DNA of 64,000 nucleotides from Myxococcota bacterium (GCA_963676915.2 CAXXVK010000052.1:64001-128000); one strand, 5' to 3'; shown: positions 39,140 to 50,180, counted from the stretch's first letter. A program made the numbers and translations. Notes: generated by a model not told the origin, from the letters alone.

Positions 39140-40734
39140 ATGATCGAAACGGTAGATTTTCTGGTAATCGGCGGTGGATTGGCTGGGATGAGCTTCGCAT
39201 TGGAAGCGGCCCAGTGGGGAAAAGTCGCCATTTACGTCAAAAAAGGCGACCACGACGCCAATACGTTTTACGCCCAGGGAGGCATCGCTTCGGTAACATC
39301 CGAAGAAGACAGCTTTTCCCGTCATATCGATGACACGCTGAACGCCGGAGCGGGACTGTGCAACCCCGAAATCGTGCGTATCACCGTCGAAGAAGGCCCG
39401 GACGCCATCCACTGGCTTCTGGACAAAGGTGTGGAATTCTCGCGGCGTCAGGACGGAACCAGTTCCTTCGATCTCGGCAAGGAAGGCGGACACACCAAGC
39501 GTCGCGTGCTTCACTCGGGCGACATCACCGGCCGAGCCATTCAACTTGCTCTTTTGAAAAAGTCCGCTCTCACCCGAACATCCAATATGTCGAACGCCAC
39601 ATGGCGATCGACCTGATCATGAAGCACAAAATCACGGGAGACAACCGCGACCGAAAATGTCTGGGAGCCTATGTTTTCGACGAAATTCTGGGAGAGGTCA
39701 AAGCGGTCGTGTCTCCGGTAACGCTTATCGCCACCGGCGGGGCGGGAAAAGTCTACCTGTATACTTCCAATCCCGATGTCAGCACCGGCGACGGCGTAGC
39801 CATGGCGCATCGGGCGGGCGCTCGTGTGGGGAACATGGAGTTCATCCAGTTTCATCCCACCTGCCTGTTCCATCCAAAAGCCAAATCCTTTTTGATTTCG
39901 GAGGCTTTGCGCGGTGAAGGCGGTATTCTGCGGACGATCACCGGCGAATCCTTCATGGAACGCTACCACGACATGGGATCTCTGGCCCCTCGTGATGTAG
40001 TGGCCCGGGCTATCGATATTGAACTGAAACGTTCCGGCGACGAACACGTTGTGCTCGACATGACGGCTCTGGATAAAGAATTCCTGGTCAAGCGTTTCCC
40101 GAATATCCACGCGGAATGCATGAACTGGGGCGTGGACATGACCGTCGATCCGATTCCTGTGGTTCCGGCGGCTCATTATTCCTGCGGCGGCGTGCTGGTG
40201 GATGAATTCGGCCATAGTTCGGTCGCGGGACTGTACGTCGTCGGTGAAGCAGCCTGTACGGGACTGCATGGCGCCAACCGTCTCGCCTCCAACTCTTTGC
40301 TGGAAGCCGTCGTTTACGCTCGCCGGGCGGCGGTTCACGCTCACAAAAAATACACCTCGGTTTGCGAAGCCTGGTCCAAGCATAAAATCCCGATCTGGGA
40401 CAAAGGTAAGGCGGTGCCGTCGGATGAACGGGTGGTGATCAGCCACATTTGGGACGAAATCCGCCGTTTCATGTGGAATTACGTCGGTATTTCCCGGACG
40501 GTCGAACGACTTCAGCGGGCCAAAAGCCGCATCGATTTGGTGAAAAATGAAATCGATTCGTACTATTGGAAGTACACGCTCGACTCCGATTTACTGGAAG
40601 TGCGCAATATTGCAGTGGTTTCGGACCTGATCATTTCTTCCGCAATGATCCGCATGGAATCTCGTGGACTGCATTACCTGCTGGACTTCCCTGAAAAAGA
40701 CGACGAACGCTTTTTGCGACCAACGATCTTATAA
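39140..40734 (+). pseudogene. nadB: L-aspartate oxidase, split by a -1 frameshift at ~39552-39562 (possibly an assembly error)
   Basis: Frame 1: VIGGGLAG, YAQGGIA, EGGH...RVLH; frame 2: ATGGAG, EFIQFHPT, LISEALRGEG, LAPRDVVARAI, PAAHYSCGG, GLHGANRLASNSLLE, ESRGLHY. Confidence 0.9.
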
Positions 40735-40849
40735 AAACGTTTCTCGGGAATTCCCTGTCGTTTTTCAACGTTTTTACATTAAAATCGGGACGACGTTTGC
40801 GAGGAAATCAGGCAACTTCAAAGAACTCGAGGCGAGTTCCCCGTTTTTA

Positions 40850-40878
40850 TTGAAGTTTGCCGCACTTCCCGCTAGAAT
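40850..40878 (+). promoter_or_regulatory. sigma70-type promoter
   Basis: TTGAAG-17 bp-TAGAAT upstream of the TPR gene. Confidence 0.5.
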
Positions 40879-40935
40879 GACGAGCGTGAAAAAGTAATCG
40901 ACAGAACCAACTACGTGTCGAACTCGGAGGCAAGG

Positions 40936-43900
40936 ATGGCAGGAAGCGGGGACAAATCCCAACAGCGGGGCAGCCGAACGAAAATCTTGAATTATATCAA
41001 GATTTTGGAAGGAAACCCGAAATCGTTCATTTTCGCCCAGCTTGCAGAGGAATACCTTAAGCTCGGGGAAACGGACCAATCGATCGAAACCTGCCTGAAA
41101 GGTTTGAAACACAATCCCGATTTCACCGACGGGCTGTACGTTCTCGGTGTTGCTTATTTTAAAAAAGGCCGCAAAGATCTGGCGACCGAGGTTTTTGTTC
41201 GCATTCTGAAAATCAATGAAAACCACTACCTGGCCAAAGAATCGCTCAATCGTTTAGGAAAAAAACCGGAAGTCGAACTGGCACGAGAAAACGCCGGATT
41301 CATCCCGGAATTGGACGGAGAACCGGAAACCGAGCAAACCTCTCCCGAGGAAAAAAAGGACGAAGCACAAGCTCAAACGACAGAAAAAGAAAAACCTGAG
41401 GAAGAAAAAAGCGAGACCCAGGAGAAGACAGCAGCGTTTGGGGCTGTAATCAACGAAGAAGAGGAAGAAAAACAAGAAGATACAGACTCTTCGCCCTCCT
41501 CCAAGGAACCACCGCCTTCCCCCACAACCTCTGAAAAAAAGGAAAATGTAGAGGAAGAATCCTCAGAGGATAATGAAGACGAACCTTCCGAGGAAGAATC
41601 GGAAGAAATCGAACTTGTTGAAGAGGAAACAGAGGAATCCTATTCCGAATTCGAGATTCCAACCAGTCACGTCCACGCGCCAGAACCCGAAAAAACAGAA
41701 AAAGTTTACACCGCTCAAAAAGGTGATGGTCCGATACCAGAGGACTACGACGAAGGAAAAAGCTCGACGCAAGGTGTTTGGCTGGTTCCTCTTCTAGCCA
41801 TTTTGCTGATCGGCGCTGGCGTCGGTGGGTATTTCCTCTACGATTGGTATCAGGCCAAAGTAGCATTGGAAAGAGCCGAAGCTTCAAGCGTAACCGCACA
41901 TACCATGTTGGATAAGGATGATCGCGCCTCACTGCTTGCAGCCATAAACCAGTTGGCAGGCGATGCGGCGGAACTTCCGCAATATCCACACCTTTCCGGT
42001 CTGATGGTCGAAGCGTACGCCAAACTTCTACTGGACTACGATCCCAACAACGCCCAATGGCAAAAAGGACTTGAAACAAGTTTCAGCAAGCTACCCACCG
42101 ATTATTCGAACAATAAAGACATGGTCGTTGGCATGGGATATCGTGCCTTATTTAATCGCCGCATTGGTGATTTGCGTTATGTACTGGATAATGCAGAGAA
42201 AAACGGCATCCGTGATCCTCGCCTAACCTGCCTCAAAGCTGAAAATCTGCTGTATGATGGTAACCTTTCCGAATCCCGTAAAATATTCGAATCGATTTCC
42301 AATAGCGGAACTCGACCGAAATATTTCGCAGCAAAAATCAAATTGTTGCAAGAAGACGCCACTGAAGCAAAATCCGATGTAGAGGAAATCCTCAAAACCA
42401 ATCCGAATCACGTCCGTAGTCGACTGCTTTTATGGAAAACCTGGTTGGAGACCGATCGACCCATGGTCGAGATGGAAGCGAAAATGGACGGATGGCTTGT
42501 CAAGTGGTCCAATAAACTTCCTTTGATGCAACAGGCTGACCTGAATTACATCCAAGCACTTGTCAACAACCGAAACGGCCATCGCGAAGAAGCGATCCGC
42601 CATATGGAAAAATCCGTTCAGATCAATCCACTTCCAGCTTCATTGTATTTGCTCGCTCGGATGCTATTTGATTCAGGCGATTTCGGCGGGGCATTCAAAC
42701 ACGCCGAAAAAGCGGCTCAATTGGACGACCGCAAGCCGGAGCATCACGAGTTGCTTGGTCGAATTTACACCAAAATGGGACGTCTTACCCCAGCGGCCGA
42801 GGAATTCGATAAAGCGATTACCGAAGACACCAACGATGTGGATCTTCTGCTTGTCGCTACCGATGTAGCATTGCAGTTGCATACCTATGAAAAAGCCCAG
42901 GTTTATCTGGAAAGAGCCAATCGGATCGAACCAAGCGACATTGATATCCAGAAAAAACTGATCATGGTCGTTCTCGAACAGGACGAAACCCAGGAAGCCC
43001 AACGACGCATTCAACTTCTCGAAGAACAACAGGGAGAAACCGCCCTCGTCAATTATTTGAAAGGCAAATTGCTTCTGACCGAAGGCGATAGCAAGAACGC
43101 ACTAAAAGAGTTCCGTAAAGGTCTGAAAAAAGACCCGAAACATTTCGAATGTCAACTGGAAAGCGCCAAACAATATCTGGATGAATTCGATTTTGAAAAA
43201 GGCTTCAAGCTTCTTTTCAAACTCGCACGTGAACATGCCGACAACGAACAGCTGATGATCCTGTTGGCTGACTATTATTTGGCAGTCGAAGACGTTCACA
43301 ACGCCCGTAACATGTTCGACAAACTCCGCAAAAAATCTCCCGAAAACATGCTTTGGCCGTTGAAGCTGGCCATGGTCGATTTCCTGTTGGACAATCGTGA
43401 CGCCGCGTTGAATGTATTTGAAAAAGTATTGGCTCAAAACTCGAAACTGGGGTTGGCCAACACCTATTCGGGAGCTTATGATCTGCTATACGGCGACCTG
43501 AAAAAAGCTGAAACCCTTCTGGACAACGGCATCAAATACGATCCCGGAAACCCGGAAGCCCATTTCTGGATGGGAGAACTCCGACAAAAGCTGGGAGATG
43601 AAATCCTCGCCCGCAACTCCTACGAAACGACTCTGAAAATCCAACCGGATTTCCCCAAAGCGCATTACCGACTCGCCATGATGCTGATCAAGCAGAACCG
43701 CATGGATGAGGCCCGTTTCCGGCTGAAGAAAATTCTTCCGCTTTTGGAAATGTTCCCTGGTTCCAAATGGTTGCGAGCCAAGGTTTTGTTGAGACTTGGG
43801 GAAATCGACTTTTACAAAAGCAACAATCCGGCAGGAATGAAGAAATTCAAGGAAGCCATCAAAGTCGATCCCAACAATCCCGAGGGGTATTATCTGCTGG

Positions 43901-44124
43901 CCCGCGAAGGCAACAAGTTCGTCAAGTGGGAAAACGCCATCAAACTGCTCGAACGAGCATTGGACATCGACAGCAACTTTGCTCCGGCCTATTTCGAAAT
44001 GGGAGTGATTTACAAATTCAAAGACCGCAACCGTCAGGCAAGGGAAAGCTTCCTCGAATACCTGGAAAGAGAACCCAAAGGCGAACTGGCGGAACAGGCT
44101 CGTAGGGAGTTGAATTCCTTGTAA
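40936..44124 (+). CDS. large bitopic TPR protein (N-terminal TPRs, acidic linker, TM, long TPR array)
   Basis: F..LAEEY TPR, Glu-rich linker, TM WLVPLLAILLIGAGVGGYFLY, many C-terminal TPRs. Confidence 0.85.
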   Translation: MAGSGDKSQQRGSRTKILNYIKILEGNPKSFIFAQLAEEYLKLGETDQSIETCLKGLKHNPDFTDGLYVLGVAYFKKGRKDLATEVFVRILKINENHYLAKESLNRLGKKPEVELARENAGFIPELDGEPETEQTSPEEKKDEAQAQTTEKEKPEEEKSETQEKTAAFGAVINEEEEEKQEDTDSSPSSKEPPPSPTTSEKKENVEEESSEDNEDEPSEEESEEIELVEEETEESYSEFEIPTSHVHAPEPEKTEKVYTAQKGDGPIPEDYDEGKSSTQGVWLVPLLAILLIGAGVGGYFLYDWYQAKVALERAEASSVTAHTMLDKDDRASLLAAINQLAGDAAELPQYPHLSGLMVEAYAKLLLDYDPNNAQWQKGLETSFSKLPTDYSNNKDMVVGMGYRALFNRRIGDLRYVLDNAEKNGIRDPRLTCLKAENLLYDGNLSESRKIFESISNSGTRPKYFAAKIKLLQEDATEAKSDVEEILKTNPNHVRSRLLLWKTWLETDRPMVEMEAKMDGWLVKWSNKLPLMQQADLNYIQALVNNRNGHREEAIRHMEKSVQINPLPASLYLLARMLFDSGDFGGAFKHAEKAAQLDDRKPEHHELLGRIYTKMGRLTPAAEEFDKAITEDTNDVDLLLVATDVALQLHTYEKAQVYLERANRIEPSDIDIQKKLIMVVLEQDETQEAQRRIQLLEEQQGETALVNYLKGKLLLTEGDSKNALKEFRKGLKKDPKHFECQLESAKQYLDEFDFEKGFKLLFKLAREHADNEQLMILLADYYLAVEDVHNARNMFDKLRKKSPENMLWPLKLAMVDFLLDNRDAALNVFEKVLAQNSKLGLANTYSGAYDLLYGDLKKAETLLDNGIKYDPGNPEAHFWMGELRQKLGDEILARNSYETTLKIQPDFPKAHYRLAMMLIKQNRMDEARFRLKKILPLLEMFPGSKWLRAKVLLRLGEIDFYKSNNPAGMKKFKEAIKVDPNNPEGYYLLAREGNKFVKWENAIKLLERALDIDSNFAPAYFEMGVIYKFKDRNRQARESFLEYLEREPKGELAEQARRELNSL

Positions 44125-44126
44125 AA

Positions 44127-45395
44127 TTACTGCTCTACGAGCTTTATACCCTCTGCGACAACCGACAAAATCCGGTCGAACCGCGTCTCGGACATCCTTG
44201 GCGAATGGGGAATTTGCAACGTTTCGGCAATCGCCTGCTCGGTATGTGGAAATGCTTCGGCGACACCGTGCAAGCGGGCAATGTTCCTCATGACATCATG
44301 TCCGGTATCGATGCGACGGTGCAAAAGGTAGCGTGCGAGACGCTCTCGTTGCGTTGTCCGAATCAACAGGAAATAGAAGACATTGCGGTCGGCGTCGTTT
44401 GTGGAGTGAATCACGTGCTTTTCGCCAAGAATTTCAATGGCCTTTCGCCCTCTTGACCTTCTCGTGGCAATATCTTCTTCCAATCCCTCCAGCACACTCG
44501 TACCGAAACGCGACTGAAAACCGGACAGACGGGTGTCGTCCCGTTGAGGAAGAGACGGTTTTAAGCGTTTCAACCACGCCAGAGGATCGCCGTCGAGCCG
44601 GTCGAGAAAATGCAGTGCCGGATATACCGCCAGCGTAAAAGCGAGTGGATGACTTGCAGCATCCATCGCGAGCGTAGAAGCGATGTTACGCAAAAGCTTT
44701 CGGTGATCGGCGGCCCCTTTTTTTCGCATTTGCGCACGAATCCACGACCGTTTTTCCTCGTCACGACAGACAACCGCCCCACCACCGAACAAACCGAAAG
44801 GCTTGGCATACGAAAAACTGAACAACCCGCCGTGGCCGATCGATCCCACGGGACGCCCCGCCGAAAGCGTGCCGATGGCGTGAGCGCAGTCTTCGAACAA
44901 CAGCAGATCGTGATGCCGAGCGACATCCTGCAAAGCATCCATATCGGCGGGAACACCGAACAAATGCGCGGCCAGAATAGCGCGAGTCCTGCGTCCAACG
45001 GCACGGGCCACCCCCGCCGGATCGAGCGTGTGGGTCGCGGGATCGATATCGACGAATCGCGGCGTCAGTCCGCACGATCCCAGTACAGTTAGAATGCTTT
45101 CGTCCGTATAGGCCGGAACGATGATTTCATCGCCTGCTTTCAGCGAATAGGCTTGAAACAAAAGAATCAGCGCCTGCGATCCCGATGACGTCGCGATAAC
45201 TTCCGGCGCTTCGATCTTCTTCGCGAACGACGCTTCGAAACGAGCGATTTCTTCCGATGAAGCGGGACGCAACGCCGCTTCGATCATCCGCCGGTAATGC
45301 AGGGACGACAGGGCGATACGTCGCCGTGGCTCGGCAAGTCCAACCGTTGGGAAATGGAACATTTCTGAACGTTCTTTGCCGTTTCGATCCGACAT
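44127..45395 (-). CDS. DegT/DnrJ/EryC1/StrS family PLP aminotransferase
   Basis: SSGS.AL, GDEIIVPAYT, HLFGVPADM, EDCAHAIG, FSFSYAK(PLP Lys)..GGG. Confidence 0.92.
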   Translation of the reverse strand: MSDRNGKERSEMFHFPTVGLAEPRRRIALSSLHYRRMIEAALRPASSEEIARFEASFAKKIEAPEVIATSSGSQALILLFQAYSLKAGDEIIVPAYTDESILTVLGSCGLTPRFVDIDPATHTLDPAGVARAVGRRTRAILAAHLFGVPADMDALQDVARHHDLLLFEDCAHAIGTLSAGRPVGSIGHGGLFSFSYAKPFGLFGGGAVVCRDEEKRSWIRAQMRKKGAADHRKLLRNIASTLAMDAASHPLAFTLAVYPALHFLDRLDGDPLAWLKRLKPSLPQRDDTRLSGFQSRFGTSVLEGLEEDIATRRSRGRKAIEILGEKHVIHSTNDADRNVFYFLLIRTTQRERLARYLLHRRIDTGHDVMRNIARLHGVAEAFPHTEQAIAETLQIPHSPRMSETRFDRILSVVAEGIKLVEQ

Positions 45396-46655
45396 TTACC
45401 AGGCCCCTCCCCCGGTCGAACCGGCGCGATTCCAGGCACGATAACGTTTAAGGGCCGTCAGCAGATGCCGAACGGACAAATCCCCGCCTTTCATCAATCG
45501 TGCAAGACGAACCGGAGAAACGTATCCCATGGCATATCCCAACGAGCGCAACCGAGCGAGTTTCGCGGTTTCGGCGGGTAACTCCTCAACAAGTGGAAAA
45601 CACGGCCATAAAACGGAGAAATGAACGTAATCGAACGAAGACATAGCCGCATAACGAAGAGTCGCCAAGCGATCCAATTCGCTTTCCCCCTCGAAACCCA
45701 GCATAAACGTTCCCGTACTTTCGATTCCGTTTTTCCGCAACGATACCAGCAGTTTTTTCAAATGGCGTTCGTCGATGGTCCTCCCGATCCTCCGGCGTAT
45801 GGCCGAGTCGGCGCTTTCGACTCCCAACGAGATCCGTGTAACCCCTGAAACCGCCATGACTTCCACGAGTTCTTCGTCCATCAGCGTCGGCCAGAAACCG
45901 TTCGGAAACAGCAGTTCGATATCCGGCAAACGTCGCCGTATGGACTCCAATACTCGAAAGAACCACTCCCGATCCGCCAGCGGTTGTTCGTCCTCTACGT
46001 AAAACGACCGCACATCGTGACGTTCCCGCAAGATCGTCATTTCGTCCACGATCGATTCCACGCTCCTTTTGCGCCATGTCGCTTTATAGCGCGTCGAAAC
46101 GGGACAAAACGAGCAATCGAAGGGACATCCTCGGCTCCATTCCACCGTGGCGTGTTTTCGTTGTCCGCGAAAATGATGGTAGGCGTACTCGTCTAGTGGA
46201 AAAACTTCACGGTCGGCAAAAGGCAGGCGATCCAATGAAACAAACTCGCTTTGGCCTTCCGGTGACAATGCCCTTTCCTCGGAAAAATACCGCACCGCCG
46301 ACTCTTCGTCTCCCAATAGAACTTCATCGGCCCCATCGGGACCGACAAACGCTCCGGGATCGAGCGCTGCCGCCGTGCCGCAAACCACGACACGACAACC
46401 GAAACGTTTTTTTACCGTGCGAACGGCATCCCGTGTCGCCCGCAAGTTTCGAAGGGAGGTTTCGATAACAACCAGTCGGGGAGGTTCTGTGTCGAAAGCT
46501 TGCAAAGATTCACCAAGCGGCGTCTGCGTACGTCGTGCGTCGATTCCCTGCACGTCGGCTCCCGCTTCGCGTAAAACGGCGGCGACAGAAGCCAGACGAA
46601 GCGGATACGGACTTTCGAAGCCCAAAGGTGGCGCAAGCAGCAGAACATCCGCCAT
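45396..46655 (-). CDS. B12-binding radical SAM protein
   Basis: VLLLAPP..PLRLASVAA, SRGCPFDCSFC, ISLGVESAD, FMLGF.GE. Confidence 0.88.
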   Translation of the reverse strand: MADVLLLAPPLGFESPYPLRLASVAAVLREAGADVQGIDARRTQTPLGESLQAFDTEPPRLVVIETSLRNLRATRDAVRTVKKRFGCRVVVCGTAAALDPGAFVGPDGADEVLLGDEESAVRYFSEERALSPEGQSEFVSLDRLPFADREVFPLDEYAYHHFRGQRKHATVEWSRGCPFDCSFCPVSTRYKATWRKRSVESIVDEMTILRERHDVRSFYVEDEQPLADREWFFRVLESIRRRLPDIELLFPNGFWPTLMDEELVEVMAVSGVTRISLGVESADSAIRRRIGRTIDERHLKKLLVSLRKNGIESTGTFMLGFEGESELDRLATLRYAAMSSFDYVHFSVLWPCFPLVEELPAETAKLARLRSLGYAMGYVSPVRLARLMKGGDLSVRHLLTALKRYRAWNRAGSTGGGAW

Positions 46656-46656
46656 C

Positions 46657-48123
46657 CTAAGACCTCCGAAACAGGAAATTAAACGCATAGGTGGCGAGAA
46701 AAGCTTCGGTATCGAGATTCAACAACAGGTTGACGTGTTTCGACGCCACATAGCGCAAAATGTATCGCGGCCGTAAAAGCAGCGCTTTATAAAGCTCTTT
46801 TTGCCAGTTTTGCACGGTTTCGTCCGAAACGGCACTCATGTTGACAAGGCTCTCGTAATGACGGAACTTGCGCCAGTCGCCGGGTAGACGATCTCGGTAC
46901 CGTTGAAAACTTTCCGAACCGGGATAAGCGGTAAAAAACGCCACCTGCAAAATATCGGGATCGAGTTCGAGCAGCAAACGACGCGTCTGCTCGAAATCTT
47001 CCGGGGTTTCGCCCGGATTGCCGACCATGAAGAATCCAACGGTTCGCAACCCGGCTTCGCGAGCGAAACGAAAGGCATCCCGTGTCTGTTCTACCCGGAT
47101 ATCCTTTTGCAACACTTTTAAAATTCTCTCCGACCCGCTTTCGACGCCGAAACTGACGGTCGAACATCCCGCCCGACGCATGGCCCGAAACAGTTCGAGA
47201 TCCGCCGGTGCAACGCGACACTGGGCCGTCCAGGAAATTTTCAGATCGGCCCGCGAAATCTCTTCGCATAACGCCAAAGTACGTGCACGGTTGAACGAGA
47301 AAGCATCGTCTGTAAAGACCATTACATTGACGCCTTCGGAGCGAAGAAAGCGCATTTCCTCCACAACCGATTCCGGCGAGCGAAACCGCATCGATGCTCC
47401 GAACGTCGTTCGCAAGGCACGAGAGCAATACAAACAACGCTGGGGACATCCACGGCTCGTTTGCACGAATCCCCAACGATATCGGCCTGTTTTATTCATC
47501 GGGTGCAGGTAGCGATAGCGCCGGTTAAACCAATATCGGTGCATCGGAAACGGCAGGGCGTCGAGGTCTTTAAGCCATGGGCGCGATCCGCCAAAGTCGA
47601 TAGCACCGTCCCGGTAACGTCGAATCCCCAGAGGCAGCGACCCATCCCCGCCGGAATCCAAAAAAACCAGCAGGTCGGCAACGGCTTCGTCGTATTCGCC
47701 TTCCAAGGTGAAATCGAACGGGGAGTTTTCGAATAAAAAGGTTTCGGGCATGGCATCGGCGTGTTGACCGATAGCCAGCACTTTCGTTTCGGGAGCATAA
47801 CGCCTCACGGATCGAGCCAACTCGAACATAGCGGGAACGCTGGGCGTAATGCCGTTCAATACGACCAGACGCGGCGGATGACGCTGAAAATAGCGGTGAA
47901 AATCCTCCAGGAAAAACGCCCCCGTTTCGCCATCCAGCACATTCACGCGATATCCCCGCCGTTGAGCCACAGCAGCGGCGTAGCCGATATCCAAAGGAGC
48001 TTCGCAGTTTTCGGGATGTCCTACCGCTTTCCCGAACCAGGAAGGCACGCGGATCAACACGGCATCGATTAGAGAAGCCGATTCATAGAGAAAAGCACGC
48101 GGTTTGGAAAATCGGTCGATCAT
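46657..48123 (-). CDS. B12-binding radical SAM protein
   Basis: PLDIGYAAA, GEYD, TSRGCPQRCLYC, AGCSTVSFGVESGS, FMVGNPGET, AYPGS; ATGA overlap with the upstream gene. Confidence 0.92.
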   Translation of the reverse strand: MIDRFSKPRAFLYESASLIDAVLIRVPSWFGKAVGHPENCEAPLDIGYAAAVAQRRGYRVNVLDGETGAFFLEDFHRYFQRHPPRLVVLNGITPSVPAMFELARSVRRYAPETKVLAIGQHADAMPETFLFENSPFDFTLEGEYDEAVADLLVFLDSGGDGSLPLGIRRYRDGAIDFGGSRPWLKDLDALPFPMHRYWFNRRYRYLHPMNKTGRYRWGFVQTSRGCPQRCLYCSRALRTTFGASMRFRSPESVVEEMRFLRSEGVNVMVFTDDAFSFNRARTLALCEEISRADLKISWTAQCRVAPADLELFRAMRRAGCSTVSFGVESGSERILKVLQKDIRVEQTRDAFRFAREAGLRTVGFFMVGNPGETPEDFEQTRRLLLELDPDILQVAFFTAYPGSESFQRYRDRLPGDWRKFRHYESLVNMSAVSDETVQNWQKELYKALLLRPRYILRYVASKHVNLLLNLDTEAFLATYAFNFLFRRS

Positions 48124-49178
48124 CGTTTCCCCATTCCCAACCATCCCGCCAATGACTCGGAAAACGTCGTCGTCGCACGACCCAACCAGACTTCCGGTTT
48201 GAGTTGCAGCAGCATGGACAATTCCACGAGATTCGCTGCCCAGCAATTGTAACACCAGACCGTATCGACCCTACGAAACGCCCGTTCGAAACCGAGTTCC
48301 AGCGCGTTGTTTTTCTGTTGGGTGCCCTCATGAGTCCGCAAACAGGGAAGCACTTCGCCATCGGGCATGATGCGACAAAACAGCATCCCACCTACGCAGG
48401 TAGCTTTCGTCGGCGCAGGCCACTTCGACAAATGTTCCAAAGCGGGTTGCGAGTTCGCCACAGGCGCACCACCACGCTTCAGTTCGATGAGCTTTCGGAT
48501 CGCCTCTCGATAGCCCTCGACAGGCGGCATTTCGGAATTTTCCTTGTGACTCCACAGGGTTTGCTCGGTGGCGGGTTGAAACGACGCCGTGGCCGAGAAT
48601 TGCCCGGCCAGATGTAACACGTCCTCGATTTCATCGAGATTCCCGGCAGAAAGCACGGTCGAAAATTTCAGAGGAATCCCGGCATTCCGGGCGGACTCGG
48701 CGGCCCGGATCGTCGCTTGATAGGCTCCCTTGCCTCGCAAAGCGTCGTGTACCTCTTCCCGTCCGTCGAGACTGAGCGACAACGTATCGAGAGAACGCAA
48801 ATCGTCGAGGCGCTCCGGGACAAGGGTGCCGTTGCTGCCGAGCGTCACTCTCAAACCTTTGTTTTTCGCACGTTGAATGATTCGCCCCACATGCTCGCAA
48901 AGCAGAGGTTCTCCGCCCGTCAGATGGAGCCAGTAGGTTTCGCCCGAAGCGATCTGATCCACGAGATCAAGTGCCTCACCCACCGCCAGTTCGTTTCCGG
49001 CAGCCGAGCGGGAATCGCAATACAGGCAACGACCATTGCAACGGTGGGTCAACGCCCAGGAAACGAAAAGCGGTCGCCTCGTACCCCAAAGCCCCGCTTG
49101 CGCAATGCGCCCGGCCACGACGGCTTCCGTCGCCATGTTTCCTATCGTACGAAGCGTTTGCACACCTTTCGAACTCAT
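48120..49178 (-). CDS. radical SAM protein with twitch/SPASM-like C-terminus
   Basis: THRCNGRCLYC, TGGEPLL, SNG, SLDG...HD..RG, C.GG.L.C.I.PDG.V.PC..C..C. Confidence 0.9.
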   Translation of the reverse strand: MSSKGVQTLRTIGNMATEAVVAGRIAQAGLWGTRRPLFVSWALTHRCNGRCLYCDSRSAAGNELAVGEALDLVDQIASGETYWLHLTGGEPLLCEHVGRIIQRAKNKGLRVTLGSNGTLVPERLDDLRSLDTLSLSLDGREEVHDALRGKGAYQATIRAAESARNAGIPLKFSTVLSAGNLDEIEDVLHLAGQFSATASFQPATEQTLWSHKENSEMPPVEGYREAIRKLIELKRGGAPVANSQPALEHLSKWPAPTKATCVGGMLFCRIMPDGEVLPCLRTHEGTQQKNNALELGFERAFRRVDTVWCYNCWAANLVELSMLLQLKPEVWLGRATTTFSESLAGWLGMGKR

Positions 49179-49305
49179 ATCCGGTTTCCTTACGTTGCGT
49201 TTCATTTCGGCATTATTCCGCGTTTGAAGCGAATTGGCAATGACAATCGCCCCGGTTCCTTGTAGCCGAGAAACGGTAGGATCATCAAACGCTCTCTTCA
49301 ACCGA

Positions 49306-50061
49306 TCAATCGGAAAAAATCCACCCTAGGCTATGATTCAGCAAAAAACCGACGGTCAAATAAATAACAACAGGCCACAACGTCCGATAACGTCTGTAAA
49401 CGATAATTCCCCACAATTTCGCTAAAAATCCCAACAAAATGCCACTTCCCATACGTACCCAGAAAAATGAAGCCGTGGGATCGTTTGTAAAATCGGTGAT
49501 GTCGTATTTTATAGCGGATTGCCAAAGCGGAAATCGGGCGATTCCGTCGTAGACCAAAATCCAACAGAGAAGGATTCCAAGGGAGTAGGCAAAAGGTTTT
49601 TCCAGTACAAGATTCTGTAACAGAACGAAAAACGTTATAAATACGAACACCGTACTCAACAGGTTACGAAAAAGCTCCAGCAAACTTCCATCATACCCTT
49701 CGACGGGTATGTAAAAATAGAATCGTACACTTACCATCAATATTAAAGCACCACCCGACACCATCGCCAACCAGGGAATCGGTTTGAACGATCCCATACG
49801 CTGCGCGAAACTCGACCACAGCGGCCCAAACCCGACACGCATAAGAAACAATAGCAACATCAAACAAACCGCGCTTTTGACAGGAGCCACAAACTCCCAC
49901 AACGACTGGAAGTTTTCGCCATCGATCAAGCCGCTGTCCACAGTAAGCCTCACGGCTTCCATCGCAACAACCATCAAACCTTCTCCGAGTACCCAAGCAA
50001 GAATCCAGACAACGAACTGGCGTCTCCATTCTTTTCCTTGTGGACCACGAGCGTCTAGCAT
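49306..50061 (-). CDS. hypothetical integral membrane protein (~7 TM)
   Basis: Multiple hydrophobic segments; GGAGG RBS; no clear family motif. Confidence 0.65.
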   Translation of the reverse strand: MLDARGPQGKEWRRQFVVWILAWVLGEGLMVVAMEAVRLTVDSGLIDGENFQSLWEFVAPVKSAVCLMLLLFLMRVGFGPLWSSFAQRMGSFKPIPWLAMVSGGALILMVSVRFYFYIPVEGYDGSLLELFRNLLSTVFVFITFFVLLQNLVLEKPFAYSLGILLCWILVYDGIARFPLWQSAIKYDITDFTNDPTASFFWVRMGSGILLGFLAKLWGIIVYRRYRTLWPVVIYLTVGFLLNHSLGWIFSD

Positions 50062-50180
50062 TCACGCCTCCATCGTCTTGGTTCCCTGATGTCACATTCG
50101 GAGTTTTTCAGTTATCCATGAAAAAAGGCCGTGCTAAGCACAGCCTTGATTCTACATTCAATCGGTTGAAAATCCGAGCC

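Noticed and set aside
44127-50061. RiPP cluster (rSAM/SPASM with precursor peptide)
   Set aside because: No small precursor ORF or RRE/PqqD domain seen; the DegT partner points to sugar chemistry
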